NCBI RefSeq assembly: GCF_964194155.1 | Contig: NC_135888.1 | Coordinates: 1,798,001-1,862,000 of the forward strand | Direction of reading: 5' to 3' | Source: Cetorhinus maximus | Lineage: Eukaryota | DNA: 64,000 bases | In this document: positions 28,020-41,259 of the stretch, piece by piece | How positions within the stretch are numbered: position 1 is the first letter of the stretch | Layout of the letters: each line of letters begins with the position of its first letter | The notes under the pieces: generated by a model | Told to the model about the DNA's origin: nothing | Seen by the model: the letters and a program-made list of their open reading frames with translations, nothing else | Database searches by the model: none | Translations under genes and position numbers: made by a program

Positions 28020-30460
28020 AACTGGAAGATTCCTTTGACTTTGTTTCCAATTTCAACCATTCTCTCACCTTCACATGGTCAATCTCCACTCTTCCCTTCC
28101 CTTTCTTGACTACTTTGTCTCCATTCCTGGGGATAGGCTGTCAACCAATATTCACTATAAGCACACGGACTCCCACAGCTACCTCAACTACATTTCCTCA
28201 CCCTCCATTTCCTGTAAGGACTCTATTCCGTTTTCCCAATTTCTCTGTCTCTGTCACACCTGTTCAGTTGATGTAACCTTCTAAACTTGTGCATCCAATA
28301 TATCTCCCATTGTCCTTAACTGAGGATTCCCCCTCCACAGTGGCTGACAGGGCCCTTGACTGTGTCCAATTTATTGCATGCATTTGTATTCTCAGCACTT
28401 CCCATCCAAAGCCATGTTAGGGTTCACCTTGCCCTCACTTTTGACACCTCCAGCCTTCATATTCAATGGATCATCCTCCACCATTTCTGCCACCTCCAGC
28501 ATGATGCCACCACCAAGCCACCTTGCCATCCCCTCTCACCATTTTGGAATGTCCCTCTGCGACACCCTGGTCCAGTCCTCAGCCACCCCAAACACTCCCT
28601 CCCTTTCCGAGTAAATGCAAGAGATGCAACATCTGCCCTTTCACCACCTCCCTTCTCATCATCAAGGCTCCAAACACTCCTTCAAAAAGAAGTAATGAAT
28701 TACTTGTACTTCTTTCAATTTAGTATACTACTGAATTTAGGATACTGTACAATTTAATATACTGCATTCGCTGCTCACGATGTGGCCTCCACTACACTGG
28801 GGAGACCAAACTGTTACAAAACCCAAACTTACCTTAATGTTGAGTGCAGCGGTCAGGAACTCCAAATCCTGACTAACCTTGGACTTCCACACATGTAAAG
28901 ACCAGGAGCGGGCTGCACACGCGCAATTCAGCAGATCTACATCTTTAAGTTCTTTGGACCCAGGACAGGTTCGGCGCGCCTGCGCATTAAGAGGGAGGAG
29001 GGAAAAACAGTGTGAAAACCCAGATCAGGTGACTGCAAGCGGAGCGCCATGAGCACCCAGACAGGAGACGAGGAGAACTCCCAAAAATAGGGAGCGTGGA
29101 CTGGGAGAGGTCCCAAAAGGAAGTTCCTGATAGGGGACAGAGACAAGGGACAAGAACAGGTCCCAGTTAAGTTAAGGAAAAAGAGAAGAGTGGAGAAGTA
29201 GACTCCTAAAAGGGAAAGGGCTGTGTGGGGAGCAGACTTTAAGTGAAGAAGGCAGCCAAATGTTGTGCTGCAGGCCACTGGGGCAAAGGTACCCATTTGG
29301 AGCAGTCGTGTTCTGCTTAGCGTGGCCAAAGAGCTGAAGCTGTGCTTGGGAGTTGCTGTTTGTGTGCAGACTTTGGAATCCAGGGGAACAGAATCTCAGG
29401 AGACGAGGTTGAAACCCTGCGAGGTGGGCCGTCATTGAAGCCATCTGAATTGGAGCAACTTTTGGAGAGAATTCCAAGGTGAGATCTTTGAAGGTGAAGA
29501 CTGGAAACCCTCTTGAGAGAGATGGAGTTTCAGCAAGATTGGATGACTCTCAGTGTTACTGACGCCTGGGTGGGTTGTTGAGAAATCCGTGGAATCTGTT
29601 TTGGTCACATTTGACATTTATTGTGCAGTGTGCTGTGTTCGACCACAATTTGCATGTTAATTCACATGTACCTCATATTAACCCTGAATGTTAGAGTATA
29701 AAATAGATATTGTAAATTGTTTTATCTTTCTGACCTTGTGTAGTAAAGTTTATTTTAATTTGTTCAAAACCCGTGGAATCTTGTGACTTTATTCACTTGG
29801 TAAGTGTCTTGAATCTCAAACTTTGGCTACATTAAACAAAATGTTATTGGTCTCTAATTGGATCTTAACAAAAACTTGAGTGTCTGGTCCAGGATCATCA
29901 TAAAATGCAGACCGATAACCATTTTGCAGAACACCTCTGTTCAGTCTGCAAACATGACCTTTCTCTACCTTACTCCCACTTTGGTCCTTCTATCCTTGGT
30001 CTGCTGCAGTGTTCCAATGAAGATCAACACAAGTTTGAGAAACAGCATTTTATCATTTGACTGGGCACTTCACAGCCTTCTGGGCTCAACATTTGAATTG
30101 AATAATGTTAGATCATAGCATCTGGCTCTATGTTGTTTCTTTTTTTTAATTAATTTGTTTGTTTTCTCTAGTTTCATTCTCAATCCATTTATTTTGCATT
30201 CAAACAGTTGTTATCCTGCCACTCACACCTCATCTAGGCAGATTTTTTTATTCCTTTCCTTGTCCCATTATCATTCTTTGTCTTTTGTAACATGAAATCT
30301 TTTGTCATTTAATCTCTCCTTCCCAACACCCTATCACAGACCTTCCCTCCTGTTCTTCTTCCTACCCTCCCCCCTTTCACTTCCTCAGAATCTATTTCTC
30401 TCTGCACAGATGCTGCCCGACCTGCTGAGTATTTCCAGAATTTTCTGTTTTTATTTTGAG
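28020..30460 (+). mobile_element. Penelope-like element remnant interrupted by a ~1.1 kb insertion
   Basis: YKHTDSHSYLNY...SCKDSIPFSQFL, then GIY-YIG-like IYCIRCSRCGLHYTGETK ending at 28810. The sequence resumes (HFAEHLCSV) at ~29905. Confidence 0.75.
28812..29903. mobile_element. LTR-like insertion within the Penelope remnant
   Basis: Begins TGTTACA and splits a coding motif. Its end resembles segments at ~23700-23820 and ~44650-44770. Family not determined. Confidence 0.45.
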
Positions 30461-31853
30461 GGGTTTGATTGATTTCTTGGTTCACTATCCCCACGCTAAG
30501 ACGTTTCTCTAATGATTGAATTCTCATTAATAAGTTTTTGAATTACAATTGGTGAATTTATATATTAGCTCACAGCTGTTTACATTAGCTGTAATAAAAT
30601 CGCTAATCTGCCAATTAAATGAGAGATATTTATATGTAATATATTTGCATGTAATATGTTAATTGTGATGTTAGCGGTTACACAGTTGTAAGATGGTATT
30701 AGAATATAGAATGGTGGGTAGGTTGAATAAATGAAGTGAAACATTTTGGAAAGATGCTATGAGGCTGTGAGGAAAATGCTTTTTACTTAGTTCCAAATCT
30801 TTAGGAGAATTGAACTTATAATTACTGCAATAGCTGAGAAGTGCCCAGAACTTCAAGAATGCTGGTAAGAACTGACCTGATGGTAGGAGTCTTCTCCATA
30901 ATGTACATGCTCAGACTGCAGCATATTGGGAATAGACAACAGTGTTCAAAGGAGTTCCTGGTGGTTCAGTTCCTCCAACTGAGTGGTGGCTCCAATGGAC
31001 AAATTAACTCCAGCTCTAGGCTATTCAGAGCAGTGAGACCTCATGAAAAACAGAATTATACACATCTTAAGCACATAAAACTGTATGGATGAGTTAATCT
31101 TCCCCTCTTTTTAAATGTTTTTATTATGTAAAGACCTTATTGCCAGTATCATGTGGATTTGGTCTCCACGTTGAAAAGTATTTGGATTTCACTTTGAGTG
31201 ACTTGTGGCCTAATCTGTATTAGGAAGTTTTCCCTCTACTCATGAGTGACTCGGGCCTAACTCAGGTAGGTTTCTTCAAAACTACTTTATTTACACTATA
31301 TACAGAATAGGCTTCTAGGTAAGTACATCTCTCTCATGTACAGATGATTCCATCTTATCATCTTAGTCTCTTACACATGACTGCTGATGTCACTGCTACA
31401 TCATGATACACATCACTATCTCATTACCATGACTGTTAACCTATTATTCAATGCCACGCTTCACAGCTAGCGTGAGCTTGGGTTGGCAACTGAAAAAAGC
31501 ATCAAAATAAATTTAGAGTAGTTTGATTGGCTTTCCTTTCCCCTTTCTTTTATTTCTGACGAACCCATAAACTTCAGGATTGATGGTTGTCTTTCATGTT
31601 TGCTGATTGGTAAGTTCCTGTCCTGGTTGTGATTTGTCACTGATTTATTGAGCCAATCGCATGCAAGCGTGAGGCAGAACTGAAGCTAGGATTATAATTA
31701 AGCAGGAGGCACGAGAGTTTGGCGCGACAGACAGGGATTAGGTGCTGCTATATTTTAGATTGATGACATGAATTTGGCTGCTTTATAATGTGATTAAGTG
31801 TTTATATTGTTACATCATTGAAGTGTTCTTATGATTTTATTGTGCCGTTTTAG

Positions 31854-32005
31854 GTTGGAGTTCTACTCCTCATCACATCCAAGAACACATTTTGTGCTCC
31901 TGTGACCCACACCGAGATGCTGCGCTGATTGTCTGGCCTTTGCAGGATCTGATATTCGGATGTTTAGTATTGATCATATTCTGGATGCAAAAACTATTCC
32001 ATTAA
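31854..32005 (+). CDS. Same gene, putative last exon with hydrophobic C-terminal tail
   Basis: gttttag| acceptor; a phase-1 join gives GWSSTPHHIQEHILCSCDPHRDAALIVWPLQDLIFGCLVLIIFWMQKLFH-TAA; AATAAA at ~32200. Confidence 0.6.
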
Positions 32006-34499
32006 AGTCATTAATAGCCTTGCTACACTGGTGAACTTCCTACTTGCAGCAACAATCAAATCTGCACAGCCTTGTAATCTGCTGTTTTACACAACGAGAG
32101 CATCTGTTTCTTCAATGGAAACTGAGTGAAAAGTGCAGTTTTTAAAAAATTAGTTGCACTTGGTTAACAACCGCTCTGTAGTGTTGAAGAACCAAACTAA
32201 ATAAATTGCCCATTGTATTTTCAAGCATGCAGTACAGTCTTCTTGTGATGTGGTTTTATGAAATAAGAATTTTGTCGAGACAAAAGGAGTGATATTCGAC
32301 ATGGGCGGGCACACACACAGCGTGCAGTATCAGATCAGCCTCTATTCTTCCTGCTCGATTTTACTTTCCATTGAAAATAAGGAAAAAGCTTCATTTCAAA
32401 ATTGCCCAGCTCTCATTTTAAGATTATACCCCTTGATCTGGTGGGGATCATTTCTCTAGATCTGACCTGTCAAATCACTTTATCACTTTAAAGACCTTAA
32501 TTATTTTTTAACCTTCTAAACCTACAAATCACATTCATGTAACTTAACCTCATAATTTAATCCTTCCAAGCTCTGGTTGCTTCCCTTGATGCAAAAATTC
32601 TGCATTAATCCAAAATTTTAGAAATTCTACCAGGGAAAGCTGTTGGGAGATATGGTTGAAACCTATGGTTCATGATGCTTTGTATAACCCATGCAGCTGG
32701 ACTCAAGCGCAGTACAATGAGGTCCATAGCCAGACCCAGGTGCTAATCCAGCAGACCTTCTGCATGCTCTAATCCAGTTTCAGATATGAATTTGCATTGT
32801 TGCTGCACCTCAAATGCCAGAATTCCACAATCATCTTGCTTAAGATATTCATTTTTCTCAAAAGTTGGGACCTAAGCTCTTTCAGAGCATTTAAATGTAT
32901 CATGTTGTGCTCTCCACAAACAAAGCAGGTGCACCATCTGTAAGAGAAGCCAATTTCCCCCAGGTAGATCAGGAAGGACCTCAACATTTTACAATTTATA
33001 TGCGTCTAGTCTGCTAGTTTCCAGAAATGTTCAGCCAACTGCAATATACGACGATACTTTGAATTCTGTTGTAAGGTTGTTTGCTGTTTCACTAAGAGAT
33101 CTGGAGGCTTGTGTGGTTGAACATAAACCATTTATTGTTGACACACAACTGTATACATATCTCCAAGGTAAAGCCCTGTCTAGGTGCTATCTTCAGGCCG
33201 ATTCCTCTCAGGCTTCACACACAGTCCACAATCATGTGACTCTCAATGTGGACTGTCCGGCTTCCCCAGTCCTATATTAACCCTTACTAACCTAAACACC
33301 CTTATACTACACATTCCCCAAAGCCCTTACCCAAATATATTTACAATATAATATTTCCATGCTATCCCATCTACCCCCACGTCCCTGACTTTACAAATTC
33401 AGACCCTTTGGGGACTTTACGACTCTCCCAGATCTCATCCTCTTCCCATTCGGAGGGCTGTCTTTGTTGGTTCAGAGTTGACATTGGAGTACTTGGTGCT
33501 TCAAATATTCAGGTTTTAACATCTGATTAGCTTTTTTCGTTCTTTAATGTTATGCTTTTCTTTGTTGACAATCCACCTTCAATTGGATACCATGGACTTA
33601 TTCTGTTCTTTCCAAGGAATGTTCACTCCGTTCATTCATAGAGTGGACTCAGTTTACCTTTTCCATGGGTCTGCCATGTTATTTCTGGAAGATAACATTT
33701 CAAAAATGGAACATTCATTTCCATTTGTTTCATAATTTTAGCCAGATATTTGTTTCCTCTCTTATTTTCCAATTCTTTTTCAAGCAGATTAATCTTTTCA
33801 TTTAGCTCAGCAACTGCTCTGGTTCAGTTCAGTTCTCTTCAGAGTTATCTGCGGAACCCTCACACAAGCTTAACAACTTCACCTGGGCACTCTGTTCCTT
33901 TCGGAGTTTTTATTCCATGGTCACTGATGGCTCCTTAGACTCTTTCAATTCACTCATTTAGAACCTCAATCTGTTTCTTACATTTTCCTTATCTGATTTT
34001 AAAGTCTGGATTTGCTCTTCCACATTGCGCACCTTATCTTTTATGTTCTTCAGATTGGATCGAAGTTCAAGAATTTCATTTCCCTTTTCATGGCGAAATT
34101 CTAACATTTCATCAGTTTGGGTTGTTGATTCAACCAACTGTTCTAATTCATCAGCAATTCCTTTTCCTGTTTCAGGCATTTTTCACAATACTTAATGGAG
34201 ATTTATGTACTTGAAGTTCGTCCAATTCTAATTTTTCATTAGCAAACTTGTCTTCTGAATGTGAAAGTTGGTTCTCCTCACTGAACAGACTTTCCTTGGC
34301 AGAGCCTAATTCCCCTGGGCTATCCTTCAAGCTCACATTCTGTCATTTTACTTCTGCTGGTTGTTTCAGATCTTCATGCTCCTTTGTGAGAACTTCTACT
34401 TTCTCTTGCAACTGTTACACTTTTCCTTGGCATTCTAGATTCTTGATTTTCACTGCAGCTATGCCATTTTTCAACAACTGAATGGTTCTCAGTAAGGTT

Positions 34500-36630
34500 G
34501 AGGTTAAATGGGATAGATTTCAAACAGATCTAGCAACTCAAGACTGGGCATCCATGAGGTGGTGTGGACCAACAGCAGCAGCAGAATTGTACTCCAACAC
34601 AATCTGTAACCTCGTGGCCTTGGCATATATCCCACTCTACCATTACCACCAAGCCAAGGGATCAACCCTGGTTCAGTGAAGAGTGCAGGGGGGCATGCCA
34701 GGAGCAGCACCAGGCATACCCAAAAATGATGTCTCAACCCAGTGATGGATACAACTCAGGACTACCTAAGTGCCAAACAGTGTAAGCAGCAAGCAATAGA
34801 CAGAGATACAACCCACAAACAACAGATCAGATCTAAGCTCTGCAGTCCTGCCACATCCAGTCGTGAATGGTTGTGTACAATTAAACAACTCGCTGTAGGA
34901 GGAGGCTCTACAAATATCCCCATCCTCAATGATGGGGGAGCCCAGCACATCAGCATTTGTAACAACCTTCAGCCTGAAGTGTCGAGTGGATGATCCACCT
35001 CGGCCTCCTCCGGAGGTCCCCAGCATCACAGACGCCAGTCTTAAGCCAATTTGATTCACTCCGTGTGATATCAAGAAATGGTTGAAGGCACTGGATACTG
35101 CAAAGGCTATGGGCCCTGACAATATTCTGGCAATAGTACTGAAGACGTGTGCTCCAGAACTTGCCACACCCCTAGCCAAGCTGTTCCAGTACAGCTACAA
35201 CACTGGCATCTACCCGGCAATGTGGAAAATTGCCCAGGTATGTCCTGTACACAAAAAAAAGGACAAATCCAACGTGGCCAATTACCGCCCCATCAGTCAA
35301 TACTCGATCATCTGTGAAGTGATGGGAGGGGTCATCTACAGTGCTATCAAGCAGCACTTACTTAGAAAACCTGCTCACTGATGCTCAGTTTGGGTTCAGC
35401 CAGGGTCACTTAGCTCCTGACCTCATTACAGCCTTGGTTCAAACATGGACAAAAGAGCTGAACTCCCGAGGTGAGATCAGAGTGACTGTCCTTCACATCA
35501 TGACAGCATTTGATCGAGTGTGGTATCAAAGTGCCCTAGCAAAACAAGAGTCCATGGGAATCATGGAGAAATCTCTCCATTGGTTGGAGTCATACCTAGC
35601 ACAAAGGAAGATGGTTGTGGTTGTTGGAGTTCAATCATCTCAGCTCCAGGACATCACTGCAGGAGTTCCTCAGGGTAGTGTCCTTGGCCCAGCCATCTTC
35701 AGCTGCTTCATTAATGACCTTCCTTCAATTATAAGGTCAGTAGTGGGGATGTTTGCTGATGATTGGACAATGTTCAGCACCATTTGCAACTCCTCAGATA
35801 CTAAAGCAGTCCAAATGCAGCAAGACCCGGACAATATCCAGGCTTGGGCTGACAAGTGGCAAGTAACATTCACACCACACAAGTGCCAGGCAATGACCAT
35901 CTCCAACAAGGGAGAATCTAACCATCTCCCCATGACATTCAATGGCATCGTTGAATCCCCCACTATCAACATCCTGGGGGTTACCATTGACCAGAAACTG
36001 AACTGGACTAGCCAGTGGCTAAATACTGTGGCTACAAAAGCAGGTCAGAGACTAGGAATCCTGTGGCAAGTAACTCCTGACTCCCCGAAGCCTGTCCACC
36101 CTCTACAAGGCACAAGATCGGAGATCAGTTGACATGCCTGCATGAATGCAGCTCCAACAATATTCAAAAAGCTCGACACCATCCAGGACAAAGCAGCTGG
36201 CTTGATTGGCACTTCATCCACAAACATTCACTCCCTCCACCACCGACGCACAGTAGCGGCAGTGTGTACCATCTACACGATGGACAGCAGGAATTCACCA
36301 AGGCCCCTTAGACAGCACCTTTCAAACCCACAACCACTATCATCTAGAAGGACAAGGGCAGCAGATGCATGGAAACACCACCAGCTGCAAGTTCCCCTCC
36401 AAGCCACACACCACCCTGACTTGGAAATATATCGCCTTCCTTCATTGTCGTTGGGTCAAAATCCTGGAACTCCCTCCCTAACAGCACTGTAGGTGTACCT
36501 ACACCACATGGACTGCAGCAGTTGAAGAAGGCAGCTCACCACCACCTTCTCAAGGGCAATTAGGGATGGGTAATAAATGCTGGGTCTAGCAAGTGACACC
36601 CATGTCCCATGGATGAAAGAAATAAAAATT
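34500..36630 (+). mobile_element. 5'-truncated CR1/L2-group LINE nested in the LTR element
   Basis: RT motifs NYRPIS, GVPQGSVLGP and MFADD across frameshifted ORFs; A-rich 3' end. Confidence 0.9.
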
Positions 36631-36639
36631 CAGTTCTGT

Positions 36640-38400
36640 AATCATGCTACTCATGGCTTCAATATCCGCTCACAGCTTAGAAAGTTCTATGGCTTTTCCT
36701 TCCAATGCCTCCCCTTTTCCATTCAGCTGGTTCTTCAGCCTAACAATATCCACATTCATCTTCTCTTTCAATTGGGTATGCTGCAAAAGTGGTAGATAAC
36801 TCTTTTTCTGGCTGTTGAATTGGAGCTGCAAGTTTTCTACTTTAGTTGCCCCTGTACACAAGAATTCTTCATCTTTTCCTTTTCCTGCTGTAGTCTTTCC
36901 CTCTGCAGTTCGGTCTCTACATACTTCCTTATCACTTTTTCTACACGTTCATCTTTTTCACTCATAGCATTAACAAACTTGCTTTCCATTTCTTCATATA
37001 TATCTTTGGAAACATTTTTCCAAGTTTTCTTTGAAATGTCCAACCATTTTCTTCAGCTCTGCAGTCTCTTTCTTATACCTCTTGGCATCCTCCTGGAATA
37101 TTGAACACTTCTGAGTCTTCTCTGCCAACTGGTTCTTCAGTTCTTTCAGAATGGCATTAAATTCATTTTGTTTCTCTTTGCAATCTTCCACAGTAACAAA
37201 CTTTGATCTGTGGGATCCTTGTGGTATGTGAAGGTCCTTCAACAGGTTTTCCTTTTCTTTGCAAAGCTCAATTGCTTCATTTTGAGTTTTCCTGAGCACT
37301 CCCTGTGCAGGCAGGGGGGTGGGTTCCCTGAATCGGGGCTTGCGCTCTTTCGCGCATGCACACGAAAGAGCGCTGAAATCACAGAGGTGCCTCAGGGAGA
37401 TTAGTATAATTTTAAAAAATTTTCTTTTCTTTATTTAAATTTTAAGACATGTCCCCCGACATGTGACAGTGTCACATGGGCTGGGACGTGTCAATTAATT
37501 TTTATAAAAATTTTTATTCAATTTATAAACACTCCATGAAACCTCATCCCGCCCGTGGATGAGGTTCCATGAAAAATGCGAAGGCAACCGGGGCTCCTTA
37601 AGGTTGGATGGGCAGCTCAGTTTATTAGTTTAATTTGTTTTTAAATAGCCTTAAGACTCGGCTGCGCACCTGTTGAACTCAAAATCTACACGCACGCCCG
37701 ATGTCACCCCATGTCATTTTATGCCTCAGTGAGTGGACCCCACCCCCGCTCACCGAACCGAAAATTCTGGCCCAAGAATCTGCTCAGCTTTTTTTCTGCT
37801 GTTCAAGGCAGTCTTCATTTCTTCATGCTGTTGAAGAGTTATGTACGCCTTTTGCATTTGATCTTAAAGCACGATTAGCTGTTCTTTCAGCTGTTTATTT
37901 TCTTGTTGACATTTTGCCAACTCACGCTGCGTTTTGGTGCCTTGCTTTGTTGCTACTGATAGTTCCAATGCAGCTTTTTCTGAAGTAATATTCAACATCT
38001 TTCTCTGCTCATGTTTTTCCAGGGCCATGTATTGATTCTCCATAGAGTCTTTCAGGGCAGCAACTTCTTTGAGTGCCTTTCCTGCCCGGCTGTTGTGCCT
38101 GGCTGTGCTTCTGGCTGAGTTCTTCCAACTCAGTTTTGATACGAACATTTTCCTGTGGAATAACTTCATTTGCTTTTTGCAAGTTTTGTTGTTTTTGCAT
38201 TACATCAGATAACTTTCCTTCATTCACAGCCATCTGCTCACTTCACACTTCCACCTGCTTTTGCAGTTTGGGTACCGTGTTGGCATTTTCAAAAATTTTA
38301 TTTTTAAGTCTTTCAGTTGCTTCTCAGCTGTTCTTTCCTCTGTACTAAACTCTTCCTCTCATGCACTTCATTACGCTGACATGGTTTGCGACCACCTTAT
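36640..38400 (-). pseudogene. Disrupted UACA/RAI14-family-like coiled-coil coding sequence inside the LTR element
   Basis: Frameshifted fragments ENQYMALEKHEQRK and KELKNQLAEKTQKCSIFQEDAKRYKKETAELKK resemble recalled UACA segments NQYVPVKTHEEVK and KELKDQLSEQTQKYSVSEEEVKKNKQENDKLKK. More coiled-coil fragments continue at 33500-34490. Confidence 0.6.
37300..37772. mobile_element. MITE-like copy inserted into the UACA-like sequence
   Basis: Same family motifs. The flanking coiled-coil reading resumes across it (AEQIL | LRKTQNE). Confidence 0.65.
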
Positions 38401-39125
38401 GTTTTGCTTGGGCATTGTCTCCCTCGCCCTAGGGTCTCCTTGCTCTTTTGGTGTTTTATTGGGGGGTTTAAGGCACTCTCCTTAAGGTCTGCACAACACT
38501 GAGTTTAAAATACTTGTCAAAGTCTTTTAGTATCTCGCTGAATGTGGTTGAGGATTCACCTGTACCTTTCTTGTGATTACCTTGTTGGCAATTTCACCAA
38601 ATAAGTACCAGAATATGTTAATTTGCACATCCCCTGATTTTTCATTTAATCCTGATGTACTCCTGTGATCTAAACATTTTCTTCTCTGTGACGCCTAATC
38701 TTGCATCTGGTTTGGCCCTTGCATGAGCTCCAATTGGTCTGTCAGTTTTGATTTACTATCCATGGCTCTTTTTCAGAACAGGGAAGTACAGGTTTAATTT
38801 TTTTTCGATATGGTGCCGCAGTGACCTTTTCTTCTCTTCTTCCCTGTGCTTGTCAGGTTTTGGCAGGCCCCCATTGCGATCTTCCAGCCATCTTTAAAAG
38901 TTTGCAATTCTGCAGGAGACCTTTTAAACCAACAGTTTTGGATAGTGATTTGTTTCTCTAAGCTTGGGAAATCAATTTGAAGGGAATTTATTTTTGGTCT
39001 GCCTTCTGTTTAAATGTTTTTATATTCATTCAAGCTTGGCCCCCACCTGGTATGTCGTTGGCTCTGGACCCAGCTACAGCGTCCATCTACCTGCTCTGCT
39101 TAAACAAATCGGCATGCTTTGCCTG

Positions 39126-39269
39126 GAAAAACTCAGCAGGTCTGGCAGCATCATGAGGACTCGAAACGTCAACTTTGTTCTTCTCCGCCGATGCTGCCAG
39201 ACCTGCTGAGTTTTTCCAGGTATTTCTGTTTTTGTTTTGGATTTCCAGCATCTGCAGTTTTTTGTTTTT
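39126..39269 (+). mobile_element. Short Penelope-end-like insertion with ~20-bp TSD and inverted 5' segment
   Basis: TSD AAATCGG(C/T)ATGCTTTGCCTG at 39106-39125 and 39270-39289. The 5' part is the reverse complement of the internal gatgctgccagacctgctgagtttttccagg. Confidence 0.75.
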
Positions 39270-41259
39270 AAATCGGTATGCTTTGCCTGATTAGTGCCCT
39301 GATTATTTTTAAAAGGCTAGTTCAGCCTTTTAGTGAATCCTGCTCACCCTTTTTTGATCTGGCTAGGTCCTTTGACTCTGCGTTCGATCAGGTTTGGGCA
39401 ATGGAGCTCCACGTGCTCTGGTGGAGTCCTTGTCAGCTACATAATGGATTTTTCTTCTGCCCTTCAGCCTTCATGCCTGTAATGCAGCTTTTTTTACGTG
39501 ATCTCCAGCCGTGTCTTCGATTTAGTGCACTTCACTCAGGTCAGACTGAAGTTTCTTTATTTTTTCATGTCTTGGGGTTTCGAGGTCCTTCTCCCGCTGC
39601 CACCATGTTGTAAGGTTGTTTGATGTCTCCCCAAGAGGTCTGGAGGCTTGTGTGGTTGAACATAAACCATTTATTGTTAACATATAACTATATACATATC
39701 TCTAATGTATAGCCCTGCCTAGGTGCTATCTTCATACCGCCTTCCCTCAGCCTATCTCTACACAGTCTACCATCATGTGACTCTCTACATCATAATGTGG
39801 GTGGTGTGGTTTTTCCAGTTCCACAATAACCATTACAAACCCAAACACCTTCACAATACAAATTCCACTGAAATTTTGTTGCTTACATTGACTGCCTTAA
39901 ATGTGTACATATTTTACTCTGATAATTTCTCCTCGCATTTAATCTCTGCTTCTTTTTTCTACTACTGATCTCTTGGCCCTCATTATGTCTGCCTAAATTC
40001 CAACTGTTGTTGCAGGAATGACATTCCCTACAATAGAGAATGGTGCCCACGGTAAAGTGAACATTTCTCTCTCCCTGACAGGTGCAGATATAAAGCAAAA
40101 AAAAAATCCTATAGACAAATGAAATCCTTCCTGGACGTTAGTTCTTCTCTTTCATACCAGTTACCTATGAATTCATTCTATGTTTAAATTTTTATGTAGG
40201 AATTATTACTTAGAAACAGACACTTTTATTGACTTAAAATTCAACGGCTGTTCCTGTCAATATTGTAAAGCCCATAAAGCCTTTATTTGGCCTTCACACT
40301 TACTCATGTCTGATTGTATATTTGGGCTGGTGTAAGGGCGTGAGCTGTAAACAGTGAACACAGTGGTTTATTTGAGCTGTAGCACTGAATAATTTTTAAA
40401 CAAGAAAGGACACAGTAAGCGCCTTGTATTCTGAGAAATGTTATTCATAGCTTGCGTTGCGATTTTTTCCCACGTGGGTTGTGTGTTTGGTTCAATGAAT
40501 AAACCATAGTAAAAAAAATAGAAAATGCACAATGTAACCCATTTGTGAACAATCTTGAAATAGGTTACAATACTTAAATCTTTGCTCTCTCCACTACCTT
40601 TTGATTCCTTGATAGCAAAGTACAGTCAACTCTCAAACATTCTAAATGGAACCTTTTGTCTAGCTTGTTGCATCTTACAATGCTTGAGTTGAGCTACAAG
40701 ATTTAAAATTGCAACACCAATCTCCAACACTGGATGTATTTTTGGTTGCAACATCTTCTGATCTACATCATTAGACCAGATGTGCTAAGATAATAATACT
40801 AAAGTTACTTTTCCTTCCATTGAATATTGATTCCAAGTACAATAACCACCTCCAAATAAATCTCTTGCAGCTGTAAGAAGCCCAGATGTTTGTCACGTAG
40901 TACTATCAGGTAACCAGCTGGGGATGCTAAAGATCTAAACCAACTCATTCTCTATATTAAATACTTGGTGGCTTCTGTTTTTCATTTAACTTATTTATAT
41001 TTGACAAGGTATTTAGTGAAAGGGGCCTGTTATGAGCTTAAATCTTGTACAGGTATTTTATCATGAATTGCATTTGGACACTTATGCAAGCAGTCTGAGT
41101 CTCTGATGGTTAGGGGTTTAGCCAGTCTCTCTCAGCTCCAGGTTTAAAGTGATGAGGCTATTACACACAGCTACCTTCATGTTAAACACCAAAAGTGGCA
41201 GGTGATGTAAAAAGCTAAATAGACCTGCAACCAAAGGCTCTGTAACCTTACTGTATCCA

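Larger units (their letters stand above)
33067..39860 (-). mobile_element. Decayed Gypsy-type LTR retroelement with gag remnant and UACA-like coiled-coil cargo
   Basis: Diverged direct repeats TGTTGTAAGG...ACA at 33067-33311 and 39606-39860; 5-bp TSD AATTC (33062-33066, 39861-39865); PBS-like TGGTGGCAGCGG next to the right LTR on the minus strand; purine-rich GGGGAATG next to the left LTR. Confidence 0.85.

Noticed and set aside
31218-31464. Possible solo LTR (TGT...ACA)
   Set aside because: LTR-like composition, but no TSD or second copy could be confirmed.
36640-38400. Functional UACA gene exon
   Set aside because: Multiple frameshifts and stops, nested insertions, no ankyrin exons, and it lies between LTRs.
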